Part shown: positions 57,684 to 64,000 of the stretch, one piece after another
How positions within the stretch are numbered: the stretch's first letter is position 1
Layout: every line of letters begins with the position of its first letter
IMG/VR virus record: IMGVR_UViG_3300029747_000004
Length of the DNA stretch: 64,000 nucleotides
Strand: one strand, 5' to 3'
Source of the DNA: a virus
Lineage: Duplodnaviria > Heunggongvirae > Uroviricota > Caudoviricetes
Notes under the pieces: model-generated
Database searches by the model: none
Told to the model about the DNA's origin: nothing
The model's input: the letters and a program-made list of their open reading frames with translations, nothing else
Position numbers and translations under genes: made by a program

Positions 57684-58676
57684 ATGTTTAGTATTGTGAT
57701 TGGTGTCCTACTAATTATTGTAGCAATTATTGCGCGTATTGTTTGTCCAAAGCTTGGTTCTAGTCGTGTAGGAGTACTTATAAGTGTGGCTGCGGCTGTG
57801 CTTGCAGTAATTATTATTGGAGCTTCTTGCATTTCTATTGTTCCAACTGGTCATACCGGAATCCTTACTACGTTTGGGCGCGTAGAAGACAGGAATCTTC
57901 CAGAAGGTGTAAATTTTCATGCGCCATGGCAGAATATCACAACAATGACGAATAAGGAACAGATTTTTACAGAAACAAATATGTGTTTTTCTGCGGATCT
58001 ACAAGAGGTATCATATACTTATACTGTAAAATATAATCTGTCATCGTCCGCAACTCCTAACATTTACAAGACCGTTGGCGTTAATTACTTTAACGTTCTT
58101 ATTAAGCCTCATGTAAATAATGCAATTAAAGCAGAATTTGGCCTTGTTAAAGCCGAAAACATGACGGAATTACGTACACAGCTTCAGGACAATATCGACA
58201 CTACAGTTTCGAATTTTGCGTCTCAGTATGGTATTAGTGTTACCGTGGTAATTGACGATTTTGATTTCTCTGATGCTTATACAGATGCTATTGAAGCAAA
58301 ACAGGTAGCAGAGCAGGAAGCTCTTCGTGATAAGACGCAGCAGCAAATGGAAACAGAACGTACTAGACAGGCAGCAGAACGCACTAAGATTCAAGCTGAA
58401 AACGACGCTGCGGTTCGTGAAATTAATGCCAATGCAGATGCAGAAGCGGCTCGCATTAAGGCTCAGGCAGATTTTGAAGTAGCCCAACTTGAGGCAGATG
58501 CAATCGCTTACAAGGGTGAAAAAGAAGCGGAAGCAACAAAAGCTCTTGCCGAGGCAATTACTAATGACATTGTTGCTTACGAATATGCGAAGAACTGGTC
58601 CGGCGATCTTCCGACTTATATGATGGGCACTGGAGCACTTCCTATTATTGATATTCCAATGGGTGAGGGGAATTAA
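57684..58676 (+). CDS. SPFH/band-7 (prohibitin/HflKC-like) membrane protein with long coiled-coil C-terminus
   Basis: N-terminal TM helices then VPTGHTGILTTFGRVEDRNLPEGVNFHAPWQNI (SPFH core), Ala/Glu-rich coiled coil. Confidence 0.7.
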   Translation: MFSIVIGVLLIIVAIIARIVCPKLGSSRVGVLISVAAAVLAVIIIGASCISIVPTGHTGILTTFGRVEDRNLPEGVNFHAPWQNITTMTNKEQIFTETNMCFSADLQEVSYTYTVKYNLSSSATPNIYKTVGVNYFNVLIKPHVNNAIKAEFGLVKAENMTELRTQLQDNIDTTVSNFASQYGISVTVVIDDFDFSDAYTDAIEAKQVAEQEALRDKTQQQMETERTRQAAERTKIQAENDAAVREINANADAEAARIKAQADFEVAQLEADAIAYKGEKEAEATKALAEAITNDIVAYEYAKNWSGDLPTYMMGTGALPIIDIPMGEGN

Positions 58677-58705
58677 TTCCCTCATCTTTTTTTTATTTAT
58701 ATATC

Positions 58706-58735
58706 TTGACAAATTGAAAAAACGTGCTATAATGA
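58706..58735 (+). promoter_or_regulatory. sigma70-type promoter TTGACA-17-TATAAT followed by leader motif
   Basis: cttgacaaattgaaaaaacgtgctataat. Confidence 0.5.
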
Positions 58736-58765
58736 CAATACAAAATGAATGGAAGGGGAGATAGC

Positions 58766-59911
58766 TTGATTTATCTTGATAATGCTGCTACTACACGTAT
58801 GTATCCAGAGGCAATACAGGCAGCAACTGACGTTATGACAAACTACTGGGCTAATCCATCAAGTAGTTATAGTATCGCCGATAACCCTAGAATTTTAATC
58901 GAAAATATACGGCAGCAGTTTGCGGATGATTTAAATTGCATTCCAGAAGAATTAATTTTTACTAGCTCTGGTTGTGAAGCAAACAACCTTGCAATTATTG
59001 GTTTTCTAAAAAATAATACAGGATATGAATTTTACACAAGTGATATGGAACACGCTTCAATTAGTGAATTTGTTGAAAGTCGTCCTGCAACGCTAGGTCA
59101 TGTTACTATTCCTGTAAATGAAATTGGACAGATTAATCCTGATAAACTTAGAATTTTGTTTATAGAGCGACAAAGACTTTCAAATAGGAAACCCTTTGTT
59201 TCTATTCAGGCGGCTAATTCAGAGATTGGGATAAAGCAGGATATCAAAGCGCTGGCCGAGGTTGTACATCAATACAATGGAATTATTCATTGTGATGCGG
59301 TGCAGCTTTTCCCGGAACAACGCATTAATGTTGACGATTGGAATGTGGATATGCTATCAATTTCGGCGCAAAAATTCCATAGTGGACGCGGGTGCGGTGT
59401 ATTATTTGTTCGAGACAACATTGAAATTTCACCGACAACTTATGGAAGTCAAGAAAACCACCGACGCGGAGGCTCGTATAATACCTCAGCTATAGTAGCC
59501 GCAGGTAAGGCGCTTGAAATTACTAGACTATATGATTCAAAATCTTACGTAAAATCGCTTCGTGACAAACTACTGAACAAACTATTAACCATACCAGATA
59601 CGAGGCTCAACGGCCCTAGAAACAAAGATAATAGATTAGTAAATAACATAAGCTTGACTATTGATGGTGTGTCTGCGGAGCGACTTGTTATTCTTTGTGA
59701 CTTGGCCGGTGTTATGATAGCAAAAGGTTCAGCATGTCAATCTCATGAGCCAACTCCGAGTAAGACACTATTAGCTATAGGACTTACACCAGAACAAGCA
59801 CTAAGTACAATTAGAATTACTCTTGATGAGTTTAATACAGAGGAAGAGATTGAACAGGCCGCAAGCATCATTTCAAAACTAGTTTGGAGGATTAGAAATA
59901 ATGAGGCGTAA
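58766..59911 (+). CDS. NifS/IscS-like cysteine desulfurase (class V PLP aminotransferase), TTG start
   Basis: LIYLDNAATTRMYPE N-terminus; SISAQKFHSGRGCGVLFV (PLP-Lys region); C-terminal active-site Cys region GSACQS. Confidence 0.7.
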   Translation: MIYLDNAATTRMYPEAIQAATDVMTNYWANPSSSYSIADNPRILIENIRQQFADDLNCIPEELIFTSSGCEANNLAIIGFLKNNTGYEFYTSDMEHASISEFVESRPATLGHVTIPVNEIGQINPDKLRILFIERQRLSNRKPFVSIQAANSEIGIKQDIKALAEVVHQYNGIIHCDAVQLFPEQRINVDDWNVDMLSISAQKFHSGRGCGVLFVRDNIEISPTTYGSQENHRRGGSYNTSAIVAAGKALEITRLYDSKSYVKSLRDKLLNKLLTIPDTRLNGPRNKDNRLVNNISLTIDGVSAERLVILCDLAGVMIAKGSACQSHEPTPSKTLLAIGLTPEQALSTIRITLDEFNTEEEIEQAASIISKLVWRIRNNEA

Positions 59912-60482
59912 TTTGTGTAGTATTTTCTTGATTGTTGTGTCGATTTTCCTTTTGTTAAGTACGTTGTTTTATAACTATCAATTAAATACTAAAGATAAAC
60001 TACTTCAATATGTGCAAGAAAAGCTTGCTTCTGTTACTGAAAAACTAGAGTTGACTATTAGAAAATCAGATGAATTAGCCGTTCAATTAGATCACACGAC
60101 CAAATCCTTAGACAAAGCAAACGAGACGATTTCAGCGCTAAAAAGTATTGAATATGAATTAGTTTATCTAGGAGATTTTAAACTAACTCATTATTGCATT
60201 GAGGAATTTGACCATATTTGTGGCAATGGTGATGGGCTCACAGCAACTGGGACAAAAATAGCAGTAGGGGAAACTATTGCGGTAGATCCTTCACTGATTC
60301 CGTATGGATCTCAAGTGTACATTGAAGGCTATGGTTGGTACACGGCTGATGATTGTGGAGGATCCGTCAATGGCAAGCACATTGACATTGCAGTTGAAAC
60401 ACACGAAGAAGCACTATCTAAAGGTGTTAAAAATGGTGGTGTGTGGATTTTAGTTCAAAAAGGGCTTGACAATACAAAATGA
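59901..60482 (+). CDS. 3D-domain (MltA/YuiC-like) cell-wall-active protein with N-terminal TM and coiled coil
   Basis: GLTATGTKIAVGETIAVDPSLIPYGSQVYIEGYGWYTADDCGGSVNGKHIDI matches 3D-domain pattern. Confidence 0.55.
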   Translation: MRRNLCSIFLIVVSIFLLLSTLFYNYQLNTKDKLLQYVQEKLASVTEKLELTIRKSDELAVQLDHTTKSLDKANETISALKSIEYELVYLGDFKLTHYCIEEFDHICGNGDGLTATGTKIAVGETIAVDPSLIPYGSQVYIEGYGWYTADDCGGSVNGKHIDIAVETHEEALSKGVKNGGVWILVQKGLDNTK

Positions 60483-60496
60483 ATGATGTATAATAG
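60466..60496 (+). promoter_or_regulatory. sigma70-type promoter with motif as spacer (TTGACA-ATACAAAATGAATGATG-TATAAT)
   Basis: Direct reading. Confidence 0.55.
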
Positions 60497-60534
60497 TACC
60501 AGAAACTGGAAAATAAATTGATGGGTGAACGAGG

Positions 60535-61551
60535 ATGCAAGTCAATGAGCTAAAAGAATATTTGTTAAACAATGAGTTGTGTGAAGATGTTCTTACAGCT
60601 CTTGGCTGTGGACATGTTCGTAACAGGGGTGAGTATATCTCTGCTCAAAATCCAGACGGGAATAATAAACAAGCAATTACGCTTTACCTCAACGAAAATC
60701 TCAACTGCATTGATTATACGCGACAGATTTCTAAAACAAAAAGAGCAACTGACATTTTTGATTTAGTGGCGTATTTTAAACAGTGCACGTTCGCTGAGTC
60801 TATGAAATGGGTTTGCGATACAGTGGGACTGGACTACTACCACGAACCAGATGATGTGCCTGAAAGCTTAAAAATACTTCGTTTCCTTCGAGAAATGAGT
60901 AATGACGGTAATGATGAAGATAACAGATCAGTAGTCCCAATTCCAGAAGAAATATTAAATTATTATCTTCCTTACCCAAATAAAATGTTTGAAAATGATG
61001 GAATATCTCTAGATATACAACAGGAATTGGGTTATGGTTATGACCCACAAACCAATAGAATCACAATTCCTATTAGAACGCCAATTGGAGATTTATGCGG
61101 TGTGAAGGGGCGATTATTAGGAGAACCAGACGAGTATAACCCAAAATATGTTTATATCGAACCAACTGTAAAATCTAAAATTTTGTATGGATTATATGAG
61201 AATAAGAATTATATCAAAAATAGCAATCAACTTTTAATTTTTGAAGCAGAAAAGAGTGTGGCTCAATGTGCATCAAATGGTATACGAAATTGTGTGGCGA
61301 TTGGCGGTAAATCTATTTCAAAAACTCAGATGGAGTTGATTATAAGAACAGGGTGTGCGCCTATTGTTGCGTTAGACAAAGGAATTTCAGTAGATGAAAT
61401 TAAATCTGTATCATCAGTATTCCCTGAAAATATACCGGTATATTATATTTACGATAAAGATAATATTTTACTAGACAAACAGTCCCCTAGTGATGACTTT
61501 GAAAAATTTAGATATCTTTTTGGAAATAATATTTATGAATTGAGGCGATAG
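60535..61551 (+). CDS. DnaG-like primase (divergent zinc-binding region plus TOPRIM-like C-terminus)
   Basis: FEAEKSV and VALDKG acidic motifs in a TOPRIM-like arrangement; N-terminal region with primase-zinc-finger-like spacing; inference. Confidence 0.4.
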   Translation: MQVNELKEYLLNNELCEDVLTALGCGHVRNRGEYISAQNPDGNNKQAITLYLNENLNCIDYTRQISKTKRATDIFDLVAYFKQCTFAESMKWVCDTVGLDYYHEPDDVPESLKILRFLREMSNDGNDEDNRSVVPIPEEILNYYLPYPNKMFENDGISLDIQQELGYGYDPQTNRITIPIRTPIGDLCGVKGRLLGEPDEYNPKYVYIEPTVKSKILYGLYENKNYIKNSNQLLIFEAEKSVAQCASNGIRNCVAIGGKSISKTQMELIIRTGCAPIVALDKGISVDEIKSVSSVFPENIPVYYIYDKDNILLDKQSPSDDFEKFRYLFGNNIYELRR

Positions 61552-61552
61552 A

Positions 61553-62323
61553 ATGGGGAGAGGTTGGGAAGATTTAATAGGTCAAAGATTTGGCAGATTA
61601 ATTGTATTAGAACGTGTAAATGATTACATTTCTCCTAAAGGAAGGCATATTCCGCAATGGAGGTGCATTTGTGATTGTGGGGAAGAGTGCATCGTAACCA
61701 GCAATAATTTAAAAAAGAAAAATGGCACAAAGTCGTGTGGGTGTATTAGACGCGAAAATGCTGCTATTATATCTAAAAAAACACGACATAAAATATTAAA
61801 GTATGACATGTCAAATGAATTTGGAATAGGATATTTATCTAATACAGGCAATCCATTTTACTTTGACGAGGAAGATTTTGACAAAATTAAAGATTATTGT
61901 TGGTATGAATGTGTTACCTGCAGTGGGCATCATGACGTTCGAGCATGGAGCAAAGACGAGAAGAAAGCAATTTTGTTGCATCAATTGATAACTGGAAAGA
62001 AAAATATAGATCATAAAAACCGCAATCCTTTGGATAATAGAAAAATAAATCTAAGAGATGCAACACCATCACAACAAGTACAAAACCAACCCGTAAGAAA
62101 AACAAACACTAGTGGTTTTATTGGAGTACGATTTTGTAAGAACATACAGAAATGGCGAGCTAGGATAGTCATCAATTATAAAGAGATTAATCTTGGATGT
62201 TTTATAAATAAAGATGACGCAATTCGTGCTAGGCTTAAAGCAGAAGCAGAGTACTTTGGTGAATTTGCTCCGCAACGTAATCTATTTGAAGAATACGGAA
62301 TTCAGACAATACAAAATGAATGA
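61553..62323 (+). CDS. HNH homing endonuclease with C-terminal AP2 DNA-binding domain
   Basis: HKNRNPLDNRKINLR (HNH core) and GFIGVRFCKNIQKWRARIVINYKEINLGCFINKDDAIRARLKAEAEYFGEFA (AP2). Confidence 0.7.
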   Translation: MGRGWEDLIGQRFGRLIVLERVNDYISPKGRHIPQWRCICDCGEECIVTSNNLKKKNGTKSCGCIRRENAAIISKKTRHKILKYDMSNEFGIGYLSNTGNPFYFDEEDFDKIKDYCWYECVTCSGHHDVRAWSKDEKKAILLHQLITGKKNIDHKNRNPLDNRKINLRDATPSQQVQNQPVRKTNTSGFIGVRFCKNIQKWRARIVINYKEINLGCFINKDDAIRARLKAEAEYFGEFAPQRNLFEEYGIQTIQNE

Positions 62324-62535
62324 GGATGATGCTTTTGATCATTGTAGAAAGCGGCTGTGTAGGGTGCCCGACAGAGATGGGTTGCTTATATGAAGCTTGC
62401 CCGTATTATAAAATTACACGTTTTTACTGTGATAAATGTCATGAAGAAACTGAGGGCTTATATAAATGGAATAATGAAGAATGGTGCTTGGACTGTATTA
62501 TTAATGATTTAGAAAGGGTTGAATATGATGATTAA
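62320..62535 (+). CDS. hypothetical Cys-rich protein
   Basis: ORF. Confidence 0.3.
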   Translation: MRMMLLIIVESGCVGCPTEMGCLYEACPYYKITRFYCDKCHEETEGLYKWNNEEWCLDCIINDLERVEYDD

Positions 62536-62728
62536 TACCAATAACACCCACGAAGAAGATCTAGAACTATATGACCTATACCTATCTGGGCGCAACCCAA
62601 AGATTTTAAAGAATCCAAAGGGTTATGACAGAGTAAGAGATCGTAAGAGTAAATACTTGTATGAGTATGAATATGAAGAGGATGAAGATTTGGATGACTA
62701 TGACACGGAGGAGACTCGCCTTTTTTAA
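62519..62728 (+). CDS. hypothetical acidic protein
   Basis: ORF. Confidence 0.3.
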   Translation: MNMMINTNNTHEEDLELYDLYLSGRNPKILKNPKGYDRVRDRKSKYLYEYEYEEDEDLDDYDTEETRLF

Positions 62729-63110
62729 CGCAGCACGGGCAGTCTCGAAGCTTAGTGATTTTCCGAGGGTTGCTGTTGGAAGTTGCGCAGTATATAAACA
62801 TCGTATTATTTCTAGCGGATGCAATTCTCGGAAAACGGATACTTTGCAAAAGCAATATAATATTTATCGTTTTTCTGAGGATACGCCAGCATCTATACAT
62901 TCTGAAGTATCTTGTCTAAAACCATTGATTGGAAGAAAAGATATAGATTTTAGATATGTTGATTTGTATGTGTATAGAGAAAGTAAAAAAGGTACCCCCA
63001 TGCTTGCACGTCCGTGTGATTCGTGTATGGCACTAATCAAGAAGCTTGGTATACGTAATATTTATTATTCGAATAACGGCGGTTATTCGCACGAAGATAT
63101 TCTAAATTAA
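62706..63110 (+). CDS. dCMP/cytidine deaminase-family zinc enzyme
   Basis: HSEVSCL (H-x-E) and PCDSCMALI (PCxxC) zinc-binding motifs; start uncertain. Confidence 0.55.
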   Translation, partial: RRRLAFFNAARAVSKLSDFPRVAVGSCAVYKHRIISSGCNSRKTDTLQKQYNIYRFSEDTPASIHSEVSCLKPLIGRKDIDFRYVDLYVYRESKKGTPMLARPCDSCMALIKKLGIRNIYYSNNGGYSHEDILN

Positions 63111-63124
63111 GAAAGGAATTATTT

Positions 63125-63298
63125 ATGAGTAACGCAACTAATTTCTACAAGTATTGCAAAAATTGTTTTATCTCTATTGAGAAACCTAAGAAGAAGGTAC
63201 AGAAACATCTTGTGCTGTCTAATTACAAAGAAGAATGTGATAACTGTGGAAGAATTGAGAGACTAGTAATTGATATTGATATGGAGCGGAAGGAATAA
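63125..63298 (+). CDS. small zinc-ribbon protein
   Basis: RBS AAGAAAGGAATTATTTATG; CKNC...CDNCG. Confidence 0.3.
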   Translation: MSNATNFYKYCKNCFISIEKPKKKVQKHLVLSNYKEECDNCGRIERLVIDIDMERKE

Positions 63299-63314
63299 GG
63301 TAGTGAACAAAATA

Positions 63315-64000
63315 TGGTAAAAGTTAAAAACGATTTAACAGGTAGAACATTTGGGAGATTAAAAGTTATAAAACAAGTTGAAGACCATGTTCAATCAAAC
63401 GGGCGTCATGTAGCTATGTGGGAGTGTATATGTTCTTGTGAAGATCATAATACTGTCTTTGTTATTGGTGATAGTTTAAAAGGTGGAAAAACAGCTTCGT
63501 GTGGATGTTTACATAAAGAATGTATTTCTAAAATTGGAATTGATAATAAAAAAGGCAATCGGTATGATTTATCTGGAGAATATGGTGTAGGTTGGACTTC
63601 TAACACCAATAAAGAATTTTATTTCGACCTAGAAGACTACGATAATATTAAAGAATATACTTGGTATGAAAATATAGACCAAAATAACTATCATTCTTTA
63701 AGAGCATATGATAAAAAGTCTAATATAAAAATTGTAATGTCATGGATTATTTGTGGTAAATTTTTTGATCATAATAATTTAAATCCTTTAGATAACAGGA
63801 AACAAAACTTACGTCCTGCCACAATGATAGAAAATGCACGAAATCATAGTAAACAAAAGAACAACATTTCTGGTTTTATAGGAGTATATTTTAGAAAACG
63901 GGATCAAAAATGGTGTGCTCAAATTAATTTTAATAAAAAACATATTTTAATTGGAGCGTTTAATAACAAAAAAGATGCTATTATCGAACGTCTTAAGGCA
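63315..64000 (+). CDS. HNH-AP2 homing endonuclease, 3'-truncated by window edge (paralogue of 61553..62323)
   Basis: GRTFGRLKVIKQVEDHVQSNGRHVAMWECICSCEDH parallels GQRFGRLIVLERVNDYISPKGRHIPQWRCICDCGEE; DHNNLNPLDNRKQNLR; GFIGVYFRKRDQKWCAQINF. Confidence 0.6.

Noticed and set aside
58170-58712. 180-aa minus-strand ORF inside the SPFH gene
   Set aside because: It is antisense to a clear SPFH-domain gene.

Overview
This 64-kb window looks like a contiguous piece of a large, low-GC (~33%) tailed-phage genome. Most plus-strand genes carry AGGAGG-type ribosome-binding sites, which points to a Firmicutes host. The left arm (1-20.3 kb) is transcribed leftward. It encodes the terminase large subunit, a portal protein, a ClpP-family protease, a PhoH-like ATPase, an HU-like DNA-binding protein, a metallophosphoesterase-like protein, three GIY-YIG homing endonucleases, and a 917-aa protein with a DxDGD motif that I read as a YonO-like single-subunit RNA polymerase. 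A ~1.7-kb non-coding divergent region (20.3-22.05 kb) carries AT-rich repeats, a tandem repeat and a GC-elevated segment with no ORF. The right arm (22-64 kb) is transcribed rightward. It holds dozens of small early-type genes, a tyrosine integrase, a Bro-N/KilA-C antirepressor, a frameshifted DNA methyltransferase, a DUF932 protein, an SSB-like protein, a GIY-YIG nuclease, a Sak4-like ATPase, a DnaB-like helicase, a primase-like protein, a dCMP-deaminase-like protein and four HNH endonucleases. It also holds a tRNA/ncRNA-rich region (50.9-57.5 kb) that includes a Ro60/Rsr (TROVE plus vWA) orthologue, an SPFH protein and a NifS/IscS-like cysteine desulfurase. Three signals are most worth a second look. 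(1) An invariant, strand-specific ~17-nt element, (G)ACAATACAAAATGAATG(G), sits just upstream of the ribosome-binding site of at least 28 transcription units. (2) Several tRNA genes appear to be interrupted at anticodon position 34/35 by inserts that themselves fold as complete tRNAs or tRNA minihelices. (3) The Ro60 orthologue sits next to atypical 120-150-nt tRNA-like RNAs that are Y-RNA candidates, and a ~0.5-1 kb GC-rich ORF-free block lies between tRNAs. All calls are from reading the sequence by eye; no tools were run.
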